Shown here in pieces: positions 36,701 through 48,499 of a stretch of DNA of 64,000 bases. Location of the stretch: positions 100,008,001-100,072,000 of the forward strand of contig CM059432.1 of the NCBI GenBank assembly GCA_030390025.1. Direction: 5' to 3'. How positions within the stretch are numbered: the first letter of the stretch is position 1; every line of letters begins with the position of its first letter. The notes beneath the pieces are model-generated. The model was not told where the DNA came from. It saw only the letters and a list, made by a program, of their open reading frames with translations, and ran no database searches. Origin of the DNA: Squalus acanthias. Lineage: Eukaryota. Both the position numbers and the translations under genes were made by a program.

Positions 36701-37864
36701 GAGGGGATCTCATCGAAACATATTGGGCCAAAAATTCGGCCCTTCCCAGGTGAGCACACAGTGGCACTCACCACAGTAAGGCGTCCCGAAGTGCCGGTTT
36801 CCTGCATGCACTGCGCATGCGCGGGAAACGGCAACTTCCGGTCTGGTGAAGGGGGCGGTTCAGAGGTGAACCGCGTGCGTGGTAGAGGCTGCGTGCACAC
36901 AGCAAACTTAGGTTTTTTTTCAGGTTTCTACGGAAGGGTAAGTATTTAAGAACCTGCATATTTAAAAAGGAGGCGCAGGAGCCGTTTTCAACAAGGTAAG
37001 TGGTTAATTAAGTATAATTTAAAAAAAATTTCAACAGGATTATCTTTTTTAGATACTTTAAAGAAAGGTAAGTTTATTTTTAGCACTGTTAAAAAGTATT
37101 TTAATTTTTTCAAAAATTTAAATTTTTGTTTAATGTGGTTAATTTATTTAACTATAGTTATTTTATAAATGTGATGGGTTTTTTTTTAATTTATTTTAAG
37201 TTTAGCTGTTCTTTTGGTGCCGATTTCAATTCATACATTTGACAGGTCTTCCTGTCAAATCTATGAATGAAAGATGGTCTGCTGCCATTGACTCTCCATG
37301 GCCCACGTGATCCCAGGGGACGCATCGCACTAACTGCGCCCCTGGGACACGCAAGCACTGCGCGCCGGCACTTGGAGCAGGCCCAGGAGCTGAAGTTCCC
37401 GTGGGCCGAAAACACAACGGCAGGCGCGGTAGGTAAGTGCGCGCGCGATCCTTACCCCCGCAGCAAGCCGGAGAGGCGAATTTCAGGGCCATAAAATTCT
37501 GACAGGTCTGGACAAACTAGATGCAGGAAGAATGTTCCCGATGGTCGGAGAGTCCAGAACCAGGGGTCATAATCTAAGGATAACGGGTAAGCCATTTAGG
37601 ACAGAAATGAGGAAGAATTTCTTCACCCAGAGAGTGGTGAACCTGTGGAATTCTCTACCACAGAAGGTAGTTGAGGCCAAGTCATTAAATATATTCAAGA
37701 ATGAGTTAGATATATTTCTTAAAGCTAAAGATATCAAGGGATATGGGGAGAAGGCAGGTACAGGGTACTGAGTTTGGATGATCACCCATGATCTCATCGA
37801 ATGGCGGAGCAGGCTCGAGGGGCCGAATGGCCTACTCCTGCTCCTATCTTCTATGTTTCTATGT
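33789..37864 (+). mobile_element. Long CR1 LINE: ORF1 esterase C-terminus + APE-RT ORF2 with few frameshifts
   Basis: ORFs 33789-34016 (DGLHL), 34139-34753 (LNARS, ITETWL), 34683-35987, 35984-36340 ([14 protein letters not shown]), 36247-36720, 37532-37771; ttctatgtttctatg tail. Confidence 0.95.
36725..37490 (+). mobile_element. MITE, diverged relative of family M1, inside CR1
   Basis: TIRs gggccaaaaattc / gaatttcagggcc; same AT-rich core and GTAAGT array as M1; CR1 frame resumes at 37491. Confidence 0.88.
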
Positions 37865-38117
37865 TGAATATATTTAATGAATTGGCCTCAACTGCCTTCT
37901 GTGGTAGAGAATTCCACAGGTTCACCACTCTCTGGGTGAAGAAATTTATAAGTTTCAAACAGGACTAGACAGACTAGATGCAGGAAGGCTGTTCCTGATG
38001 GTGGGGGAGTCCAGAACCAGGGGTCACAGTCTAAGGATAAGGTGTAAGCCATTTAGGACTGAGATGAGGAGGAATTTCTTCACCCAGAGAGTGCACATGC
38101 ATCATGATGCACATGAT

Positions 38118-38860
38118 GGGAACGGTAGCATAGTGGTTATGTTACTGGATTAGTAATCTAGTAGGCTTGGACTAATGATCTGTGAGACGTGAGTTCAAAT
38201 CAGAGAAGCCATGGACTCTAAATATAAGCTATGATTGGTGACCTTTAACATTGTATTTTTTACCAATTTCCACCAATAAATTCGCAAGATGTTCTGAGTT
38301 GGTGGATTGGTTTAAATCCCACCACGGCAGCTGAGGAATTTAAATTCATTTAATTAAATAAATCTGGAATAAAAAACTAGTATCAGTAATGGTGACCATG
38401 AAACTACAGGATTGTCATAAAAACCCATCTGATTCACTAATGTACTTTAGGGAAGGAAATCTGCCGTCCTTACTTGGTCTGGCCTATATGTGACTCCAGA
38501 CCCACAGTAATGTGGTTGACTCTTAACTGCCCTCTGAAATGGCCGAGCAAGCCATTCAGTTGTAACAAACCGCTACGAAAAACAATAAAAAGAATAAAAC
38601 CGGATGGAGCACCCGGTATCGACCTCGCCACCGGCTTCAGACATGACAAAGACACACCCAGCCCAGTCGACCCTGCAAAGTCCTCCTCACTAACATCTGG
38701 CCAGATTTGTGCCAAATTTGGGAGAGCCGTCCCACAGATTAGTCAAGCAACAGCCTGACATAATCATACTCAGAGTATCACACCTTTCAGCTAATATCCT
38801 AGAATCCTCCATCACCATCCCTGGGAATGTCCTATCCCATCAAAGGTGGCGGCACAGTGG
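38118..38860 (+). mobile_element. tRNA-derived SINE-like head and body followed by the N-terminus of an APE endonuclease (LINE 5' region)
   Basis: A box tagcatagtgg at 38126; B box agttcaaatc(c) at 38192 split by an insert; 38690-38860 translates to SHRLVKQQPDIIIL..L..SITIPG.VLSH..GGGTV. Confidence 0.7.
38199..38312 (+). repeat. ~113-bp copy of otherwise unique sequence 33348-33460 inserted in the SINE B box
   Basis: atcagagaagccatgg..ccaatttccaccaataaattcgcaagatgttctgagttggtg present at both sites. Confidence 0.88.
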
Positions 38861-39720
38861 TATGACACAAAACTTGGAAGTATAGTGAACAGTGAGAGGG
38901 ATAGTGATAGACTTCAACAAGACATAGACAGGCTGGTGGAATGGACAGACACGTGGCAGATGAAATTTAAAGGTCACCTGAGGAAGGGGCGATCGATAGT
39001 TCGAAAGCTTGTGATTTCAAATAAAACTGTTGGACTATAACCTGGTGTTGTGCGACCTCTCAATTTTGTCCACCCCAGTCCAACACCGGCATCTCCGCTT
39101 CATAAATAGAGGCATAGAGTACAAAGCAAGGAAGTTATGATGAACCTTTATAAAACACTGGTTCGGCCTCAACTGGAGTATTGTGTCCAATTCTGGGCAC
39201 CGCACTTTAGGAAGGATGTTAAGGCCTTAGAGAGGGTGCAGAAAAGATATACAAGAATGGTTCCAGGGATGAGGGACTTCAGTTACGTGGATAGACTGGA
39301 GAAGCTGGGGTTGTTCTCCTTAGAGCAGAGAAGGTTGAGAGGAGATTTGATAGAAGTGTTCAAAATCATGAGGTGTCTAGACAGAGTAGATAGAGAGAAA
39401 CTGTTCCCATTGGTGGAAGGGTCGAGAACCAGAGGACACAGATTTAAGGTGATAGGCAGAAGAACCAAAGGCGACATGAGGTAAACTTTTTTACGCAGCG
39501 AATGGTTAGGATCTGGAATTTATTGCCTGAAAGTGTGGTGGAGGCAGATTCAATCATGGCTTTCAAAAGGAAATTGGATAAGTACCTGAAGGAAAAATAT
39601 TTGCAGGGCTATGGGGAAAGGGCGGGGGAGTGGGACGAGCTGAAGTGCTCTTGCAGAGAGTCGGCATGGGATCGATGGGCCGAATGGCCTCCTTCTGTGC
39701 TGTAACCATTTTATGATTCA
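38861..39720 (+). mobile_element. CR1 LINE 3' portion with an internal segment replaced by a Penelope pseudo-LTR
   Basis: DTKLGSIVNS..WQMKF, then ORFs 39137-39484 and 39502-39705. Confidence 0.88.
38974..39098 (+). mobile_element. Solo Penelope pseudo-LTR piece with hammerhead motif (38974-39014, weakened stem II)
   Basis: Matches 58180-58266; tcac-ctgagga..gaaa-gc-tt-gtga. Confidence 0.8.
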
Positions 39721-39723
39721 TAT

Positions 39724-42700
39724 GGGCTCGAAATTCAGTATCGTCCATTTGGGGCGCTAAATTTAAAAAAAGTTGGAGAATTAGCGTCAGGCACTAATCC
39801 TTCTGACTTCCTGCTAAATTGATTGTTAGCGCGCCAAGAAAGAACTGGAGCGCTAAATCAAGCGCTAATCACCTAACTTAGGGCGCTACACACAGAGAGC
39901 GGGGCGCTACACACAGAGCGATAACCAATTGGAGGTGCACTCCAATCGGGACTCATCATTCACACTGACTCCTTTCAGTTCTTAAAGGAGAGTTTCAATC
40001 ATTCTACACAACCTCATTCTCAACATTGCTGGTTCTGAAGGCGACCTCCAAGCAACTCACCAGCTACACCTCTTATCCTCATGGCTGATCCCAGTCCCAG
40101 GGAGCGAGCCCGACCAGGCATTGGAGGCATTGGTCGCGGCAGTCGAAAGAAGGAGGGCAGTGCTGTTCCTGGCCACTGGCAGGAGGCCATTGCCCCAGGT
40201 CTTCAGGGCAATGTGGAGCGAAGTGGCCCAGGACATGTCTCGGCCAGCAGTGTGGTCCTCAGGACCCTCACACAATGCCGTAAAAAATTCAACGACCTCA
40301 CTCGGGTGGTCAGGGTGAGTACATGCTTCAACATGTCCTACATACCAGGATCTGAACCTCGGTCTGTACACACTACACAAACCACCACACCCCCACCACT
40401 CACCCACCAAGCATCTCCACCTACTCAAACTCACATCCACATCTCACACCTTGCCTACAATCACAGCTATTCAACTATGGCAGGCACATCTCCCAAACAC
40501 ATAGCTGCACACTCACTCACACACTTTACTTTCTCTTGCAGGCCAAGCTGAACCACAATAGGAGGGAGCAGGAATGCACAGGTGGGGGTGAAGTGGACAT
40601 CCAACAGCTTACAGACCTGGAGGAGCGAGTGCTGAGAGTCATTGGGCACCAGGTGGTGGGCGCCATGGCCATCAGCCCTTGGGGACAACAATGGTATGTT
40701 CATCCCCTCTCCTTCTCTCATCCCACTTCCCCCTCACACCACAAGCCTTTCCCACTTTCCAGCTCATTATACTGTCTGAATTCCTTGCTCCCTTCCTGCC
40801 CCCCTGCCCTCACCTTAACGCGAGTCTTGTGCCTTTATTTTTTCAGATCATCAGCAAACAGCTGACCAGCCTGTCCCTAAGCCTCCCAGTGAGAGTGAGG
40901 CGGGAGAAGAGGAGGAGGAAGAAAGCACCGCGTCACTGCATGCCGCTGCCCAGCCTGAGATGGTGCAGTGTACAGCCGGGCCTTCCAGGCTCAGAGCTGG
41001 TCGAGGGCGTCCTACAAGGCCATCTGTAGTCTCTGGCACCGACACTCAGCAGCCTTCCACCAGCCCTGCTGAAGCCAGTGGGGACAGAATACGTAGGAGC
41101 AGCAGATTAGGAAAAGGCACTATAAAGAGGGGAAGTAAGGGTTTGCACAAGGGTGATTAGTTAATATTGTTGTTGTACTGAATATTGATAAATTTATCAG
41201 AATTTTGCAGAATTTGTGGTGTCTCTCATTTCAGCTTTGTGCTGTGATATAGCCTGTGACGTGGATAGAATGATGGGGGTGTAGTGAGCAACCGGGATGT
41301 GAGGTTTAATTTATTGGAACCGCAGTCTGATGAGGCGATCCAGAAGGCTGATTGAGTGGCTGCCTCCTCCCTCGCTGCTGTTCCTCCTCCTCCTCCATCT
41401 CTCCCTCTTCCTCCTCCTGAGGTGGTCCCGCTATGCCTGGTGGCAATGACTGGGCTCTCATGATGGCCAAGTTCACCACGACGAAAAGGGACACCTGCTC
41501 AGCCGAGTACTGGAGGGCTCCTCCCGAGCGGTCAAGGCAGCGGAACTGTTGCTTGAGCACTCCAATGGTCTGCTCGATGATGTTCCTGGTGGCGGCATGG
41601 CTCTCATTATATGAGTGCTGGGCAGGAGTGTTGGGGTTGCGGAGGGGAGTCATGAGCCAGGTGGAGAGCTGGATACCCCTTGTCTCCGACCAGCCAGCCG
41701 CGAGCTTGATGTGGTGGCTGGAAGAGTCCTGGCACACCAGTCTGGCACAGGATTAAGGCATCATGGCTGCTGCCAGGATAGCGGGCATTGACCATCAGGC
41801 AGTGCTGGGCGTGGTCGCACACCAACTGGACATTAAGTGAGTGGTAGCCTTTGCGGTTACGGAAGACCTCAGGGTTGTTATGGGGTGCCCGCAAAGCAAT
41901 GTGGGTGCAGTCAATGGCGCCCTGCACCATAGGGAAGGCTGCTATCCTGGCAAAGCCACATGCATACTCGTCCTGCTTCTCTCTGGTGATGGGGAAGGAA
42001 ATGTAGTCCCTTCTCCTTCTGTAGACAGCCTCTGTGAACTCCCGGATGCAGCAATGCACGGCGAACTGTGAGATGTTAGCTATGTCTCCTGCTGCAGACT
42101 GGAAGGATCCACTGGCGTAGAAATTGAGGGCGACGGTGACCTTGACTGCCACTGAGAGACCGTGGTGGTCCTGATCTGTGGCTCCAGGTCTGACTGCAGG
42201 AGGTGGCAGAGCTCTGTGACCACGTCCTTGCTGAAGTGGAGCCTTCTAAGACACTGCTCCGCAGTTAAATTAATGTAGGAGAAGTGCTCCCGGAATACCC
42301 TGGGAGGGTAAGGCCTCCTGTTGAGAGCCCTGTTGGCCCTCCTCCCTCTGGCCACATTTTCCAATCTTTGTCTCTGCCTCCGCTGCCTCCGACGTTGATT
42401 CTGGAGGGCGGGATTGAGTGCCAGTACGGCCCCCATTAATGTAAGCAAGTGTAGGACTTTGAAATCTTACCAGAATGAAAGTGATAAATATTTAGCTGGC
42501 AGAGCACTCCTGAAAGTAAGAAACGTTTAACTCACTGAAAACGGCTGTTTCGCTGTGTGAAACTGAACAGGCAGCATTGATTGGCCAGTAAAATGAAAGC
42601 GGATGTTGATCCCTTTAAATACCGCCCCCACAGCGGCCATCCGAATGCATCACGCCTCCTCTTCCTGCCGTTCTTCCTGCCGTTGTTCAGGCCAGGCGCT

Positions 42701-42890
42701 AAGGCAGGGGGCGCCAGTCAATTTTGCATCTGGGCCATTAACGGGGCGTTCCAAAGTCACTGACATCACGATCTGCCAGGCGCTAAAGGCCTAAGTGCTG
42801 ACTGTTAGCGCCAGTGCTAAATTCCGGGTGAATTTTGCGTGCGGTATTGGATTCATTGCACCCCGTTAGAACCGCCCCCCAGGCACTAAG
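39724..42890. mobile_element. Harbinger transposon (spliced Myb gene + at 40081-41160; transposase -); right TIR not seen
   Basis: Left end gggctcgaaattcagta; LEALVAAVERRRAVLF..WSEVAQ, RTLTQCRKKFNDLTR; splice sites at 40314/40542 and 40693/40847. Confidence 0.85.
41306..42448 (-). pseudogene. Harbinger DDE transposase, frameshifted
   Basis: ALNFYASGSFQ, VQGAIDCTHIAL, NRKGYHSLNVQLVCD, LVGDKGYP, IEQTIGVLKQ.FRCLD. Confidence 0.9.
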
Positions 42891-42894
42891 ACAC

Positions 42895-45436
42895 AGGATG
42901 GTGTGTAACTTGGAGGGGAACATGGAGGTGGAGGTGGTGGTGTTCCTATGTGTCTGCTGCCCTTGTCCTTCTAGGTGGTAGAGGTCGCGGGTTTGGGAGG
43001 TGCTGTTGAAGAAGCCTTGGCGAGTTGCTGCAGTGCATCTTGTAGATGGTACACACTGCAGCCACGGTGCGCCGGTGGAGGAGGGAGTGAATGTTTAAGG
43101 TGATGGATGGGGTGCCAATCGAGTGGGTTGCTTTGTCCTGGATGGTGTTGAGCTTCTTGACTGTTGTTGGAGCTGCACTCATCCAGGCAAGTGGAGAGTA
43201 TTCCCTCACACTCCTGACTTGTGCCTTGTAGATGGTGGAAAGTCTTTGGGGAGTCAGGAGGTGAGACACTCACCACAGAATACCCGGCCTTTGACCTGCT
43301 CTTGTAGCCATAGTATTTATGTGGCTGGTCCAGTTAAGTTTCTGGTCAATGGTGACTCCCCCAGGATGTTGATGTTGGGAGATTCAGCGATGTTAATGTC
43401 GTTGAATGTCAAGGGGCAGTGATTTGACACTCTCTTGTTGGAGATAGTCATTGCCTGGCACTTGTGTGGTGCAAATGTTACTTGTCACTTATCAGCCCAA
43501 ACCTGAATGTCGTCCAGGTCTTGTTGCATCTGAGCATAGACTGCTTCATTATCTGAAGAGTTGCGAATGGAACTGAACACTATGCAATCATCAGAGACAT
43601 CGCCACTAATGATGTTATGATGGAGGGAAGGACATTGATGAAGCAGCTGAAGATGGTTGGGCCGAGGACACTGCACTGAGGAACTCCTGGCAATGTCCTG
43701 GGGCTGAGATGATTTGTCTCCAACAACCACAACCATCTTCCTTTGTGTTAGGTATGACTCCACCCAGTGGAGAGTTTTTCCTGATTCCCATTGACTTCAA
43801 TTTCTTCAAGGGCTCCTTGATGTCACACTCGGTCAAATGCTGCCTTGATGTCAAGAGCAGTCACTCTCACCTCACGTCTGGAATTCAACTCTTTTGTCCA
43901 TGTTTGGGCCAAGGCTGTAATGAGGCCTGGAGCCGAGTGGTCCTGGTGGAACCCAAACTCAGCAATAGTGAGCAGGTTATTGGTGGGTAAGTGCCGCTTG
44001 ATAGCACTGTCGACAACACCTTCCATCACTTTGCTGGTGATTGAGAGTAGACTGATAGGGCGGTAATTGGCCGGATTGGATTTGTCCTGCTTTTTGTGGA
44101 CGTAACATACCTGGGCAGTTTTCCACATTGTCAGGTAGATGCCAGTGTTGTAGCTGTACTACAACAGCTTGGCTAGAGGCACGGCTAGTTCTGGAGATCA
44201 AGGGGGAGAAATTCAGTATCGCCCCATTTGGGGCGCAATTATCGGCCGGGCGCAAAGATTAGCGCCTGGCGCTATTTATCGCCTCCGACTGCAAACTTGA
44301 CTTTTATCGCCCCTGGAGGTGATTGGAGCGCTAAATCAGGCGCTACACATCTGTCTTAAGGCGCAAAGGCCGAGGAGCGAGGCACTAACTCAGAGCCCTG
44401 GCGAATCTCATGTGATGTCAGTCAGCAATGGAACACAAACACAATGGCGCTGGCCAGTTCTTAAAGGGGAGGGTTGATCTTGCTTTCCATCCACATCCTG
44501 CTCATTGCAACCTTGAATCTCGGCCTGAAGAGACCTGTACATCAAATCTGCTGGAAAAAACAATGGAGAGTACCAGGGAAAGAGCTCAGAGTGCAGCCTC
44601 CACAGTCTCTTCTAAATCGATACAAGGAAGGGCAAATCAAAATGAACCTGCAAAGTGCTGCTCAGTACCCAAACTCCTTCACACAGCGTTGAATCTCTCC
44701 AGAAGTCTCTCTCTCTCTCTCTCTCTCAGAATGCGTGGTTCAAAAATGTCACCAACAAAAAAAGGCAGAAAGCGGTCGCCTTTAAATAGCGCTCCCCCAG
44801 TCCCTTCCTGACTGCAAAACGCTCCCTTCAACCTGTTGTTGCTAGCGGCAGGCGGTAAGGCAGGGGGCGCCACTCAATATCCGCTCCGGGGCGTTACCGG
44901 GGCGTTGCGCACTCAACTGACGTCACGATCTGCCGGCGCAGGAGATCGTGGCAGTAGTGTTTAGCGCCACTGCAAAATGTCTGGTTAATTTCGCGAGCGA
45001 CGCAAACATCGCCGTGCCCGGGCGCTAGTTGCTTTGCGCCCCATTAGCACCCTCTTAAGGCGCTAACGGGAGGCGCAACCAACTGAATTTTTCCCCTCCA
45101 AGTCTTCAGCACGATAGCCAGGATATTGTCGGGGCCCATAGCCTTTGCTGTATCCAGTGCGCTCAGCCGTTTCTTGATATCACATGGAGTGAATCGAATT
45201 GGCTGAAGACTCGCTTCTGTGATGGCGGGCACTTCAGGAGAAGGTCATGATAGATCATCTATTCTGGCTGAAGATGGTTGCAAATGCTTCAGCCTTGTCT
45301 TTTGCACTCATGTGCTGGGCTGCACCATTATTGAGGGGGGCATTTTCATGGAGCCTCCTCCTCCCGTCAGTTGTTTAATGGTCCACCACCATTCACGACT
45401 GGATGTGGCAGGACTGCAGAGCTTTGAGCTGATCCA
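42895..45436 (-). mobile_element. Second LINE family (divergent CR1-clade) RT region, decayed
   Basis: KAMGPDNI, NPANYRPISLLS, ALDIKAAFDRV, WADK, IYKAQVRS..EYSPLAWMSAAPTT, SLLHRRTVAA. Confidence 0.85.
44202..45098. mobile_element. Internal-deletion derivative of the 39724-type Harbinger
   Basis: TIR gggggagaaattcagt / actgaatttttcccctc; CAA TSD; both halves align to 39724-40100 and 42600-42850. Confidence 0.85.
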
Positions 45437-45875
45437 TTGCATGGAAATATATCGCCGTTCCTTCATAGTCTCTGGGTCAAAATCCTGGACCTCTGTCCCT
45501 AACAGCACCATGGGAGTACCTTCACCACACGGACTGCAGCGGTTCAAGAAGGCGACTCACCCCCCCCCCCGCTCCCTTCTCAAGGGCAATTAGCGATGGG
45601 CAATAAATGCTGGCCTTGCCAGCGACGCCCACAACCCAGGAACAAATAAAAAGATAATCCTGGGACTGACTTTCAGCGCTAAAAGCTGGAGTCGAAGCCA
45701 GCTCAGGGAATTTCGCTTGTTGATGTATTTTTCATTCTCAGAATGTGGGCGTCACTGGCAAGGCTGGCATTTATTGCCCATCCCTAGTTGTTCTGAGAAG
45801 GTGGTTGTGGGCTGTCTTCTGTTTGTTACAATTGAGTAGCTTGCTGTGCCACTTCAGAAGTTAGTTAAGTCTCAA
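45437..45875. mobile_element. LINE 3' end (+, 45437-45655) and inverted SINE-like 3' piece with the same tail (-, ~45728-45875)
   Basis: gatgggcaataaatgctggccttgccagcgacgcccaca occurs in both orientations; the minus piece also resembles the SINE body at 38520-38565. Confidence 0.65.
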
Positions 45876-46279
45876 GCACATTTCAAGCTGGTCATATTGC
45901 TTAAAGCCTGTATTACAAGCTTCCCTCATACTGCTTCTGCGGTGTTAAACAGGTGAGAAAGGAAGCAAATTGAGGTCACCATCAGCTGAAATCTGAGCAG
46001 TGAAAAAGATGGTGAGTACATGAGTAGTATGGAATGGCAAGAAGCTAAAGAGGAGAAGCAAATAACAGGAAGAACATTTGAAGGAAGTATTTGTAAACTC
46101 TACAATCTTGGTTCATGCGATGTTCAAAATAAAAAATTGATTTGTCACTGATTTTCTTTGAGATTACCCTTGTTTTTGGGAGGTTTCTTTTTCCTAGTTT
46201 TTAATGCTAAAAAACAAAAACTGTAAAACACCCAAATAAAAAATTGTCAATAAAAACTATAAAGGTTCTTAAGTATGAT

Positions 46280-47023
46280 GGCCCAGAAATTGATCTCGCT
46301 CTGTTCCCGCGGGGGTAAGCCTTCCCCGCGATCTCTCACCTCGCTTATGCTTTTTCAGATCCAGCTCGCACGAACTTGATGTTCCAGACATCAGCTGTGC
46401 TGGGCTTGCGTATCCCAGCGGCGTAGTGAATTCGTGCGAGCTGTGGGATCACGTGACTCAGTTAGAGCCAATGGCAGCACACCATCTTCCATTCATAAGT
46501 CTCACAGCATAGCTGTGAAATCTATGAATCTTACACCCCCCCAAAATAACAGCTAAACCTCAATTAAATTTAAAAAAAAAACCATCACATTAATAAAATA
46601 AGTATAGTTAATTAAATTAACCATTTTAAATAAAAAATTAAATTTTTGAAAAAATTTAAAATCTTTTAAAAAGTTATAAAAATAAACTTACCTGTCTTTA
46701 AAGTCTATAAAAAAGATATACCTGTAAAAAAAAATTCAAAAAAATACTTAATTCACTACTTACCTTCTTAAAAGCGGGTCTTACTCCTCCTTTTTACATT
46801 TCCAAAATCTTCCCTACTTACCTGCGCGTCCAAAGCATGAAGTGCACAGCGTGCGCGCAGCCTGTAGCGCGCACGCGATGCAGCCAGGCCCCGCCCCCTT
46901 TTCGGAAGAGCAATTGCCGGTTTTCAGCGCATGCGCAGGGCATGCAGAAAACCGGCAATTGGAGTGGGAATACGCGAGAGTACGCAGTGCGTACTCCCGC
47001 GTCCCGGGATCAATTTTCGGCCC
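46280..47023 (-). mobile_element. MITE M1 copy 3 (inverted)
   Basis: Reverse complement of 9808-10550 and 12480-13221; flanks GAT/AAT. Confidence 0.92.
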
Positions 47024-47484
47024 AATATGTTATTTATATGTTAGTTGATCATGAGGGTGGGGTGAGAATATGTAGCGAGGAATTGAACCCAATTCAAAGT
47101 CTAAATTGGGTCAGTTCGAGGCAACAGCAGAATAATAACATTTGGGCCAATTTGAACAGGAGTTATGTGTGAAAGAATTCTTTTGTTTGCTATTTGTAGG
47201 AAAGGCTAAATAGTTATATAAAGTTTGTGTTTACAATTTTGCTACGAGTAGCAGACAGAAGAAATCATCCAAGATGGTTTCTATATTGCATTAAAATAAA
47301 AATAAGTGGGTGTCATTTGAAGTCAATGTAGAGTCAAATTGGGCGGGGTGCATAACAGGCAACCGATCCCATCCCATCAATTTCCCACTGGATGAGTTAG
47401 ATTACATTTACCCCATGTGTATCCCCATCTGCAGGGATTCTGGAGCTAGAGAAGCTCCTGCACAGAGCACACTAGTTGCACAAT

Positions 47485-48236
47485 GGGCCAAAAATTGATC
47501 CCGCTGCGCGAGAGTACGCACTGCGTACTCTCGCGTATTCTCTCTCCAATTGCCGGTTTTTTGCATGCACTGCGCATGCGCTGAAAACCGGCACTTGGTC
47601 TTTGGAAAAGGGGGCGGTTCCTCGGTGCACCGCGTGCACCGCGTGCACGCTACAGGCTGCGCGCACGCTGTGCACTTAGTGCTTTGGACGCGCAGGTAAG
47701 GACGGAAGATTTTAGAAATGAAATAAGGAGGAGTAAGACCCACTTTTAACAAGGTAAGTAGTGAATTAAGTATTATTTTGAATTTTTTTTAACAGGTATA
47801 TCTTTTTTAGAGACTTTAAAGACAGGTAAGTTTATTTTTATAACTTTTTAAAAGATTTTAAATTTTTTCAAAAATTTATTTTTTTATTTAAAATGGTTAA
47901 TTTATTTAACTATACTTATTTTATTAATGTGATGGTTTTTTTTTTAATTGAATTGAGGTTTAGCTGTTATTTTGGGGGGGTGTAAGATTCATAGCTTTCA
48001 CAGCACGTATGTGAAACTTATGAATGGAAGATGGTGTGCTGCCATTGGCTCTAACTGAGTCACGTGATCCCACAGCTCGCACGAATTCACTACGCCGGTG
48101 GGATACGCAAGCACTGCCCAGCTGATGTCTGGAACATCAAGTTCGTGCGAGCTGGATCTGAAAAAGCCAACGCGGAGTGAGAGATCGCGCCTGCTCCTTA
48201 CCCCCGCGGGAACAGAGCGAGATCAATTTCTGGGCC
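47485..48236 (+). mobile_element. MITE M1 copy 4 (variant subfamily)
   Basis: Same TIRs and body; flanks AAT/ATT. Confidence 0.92.
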
Positions 48237-48499
48237 ATTGAGTTCTGTCCCGGGTCAGCTCAATTAAATAATTATTTAGAACTTCCTGTTAGGATTGCAC
48301 CTAACTGTGGCTGGATGACCACATTGGTGCTAACCATGACCTCTGCACTTCCTCAAATGCAGCAAAGCAGTGAAATTGAACAACTGTGTCATCCTCCTGT
48401 TGTGCCTCAGTAGGAAAAGAGAGGAAGAATGGTGGCCGTGCTAACCAATTCATCATTCATGATATGTGTGAAGCAATCGTGTTAGCTCATACAACAGTG

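Larger units (their letters stand above)
33614..38092 (-). mobile_element. Short CR1 3' insertion with 5' inversion (33614-33788 and 37865-37947 minus; 37948-38092 plus), split by a long CR1
   Basis: (agaaacat)n tail at 33614; sequence resumes at 37865 matching 1806-1885; the following segment is CR1 in + orientation. Confidence 0.75.
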
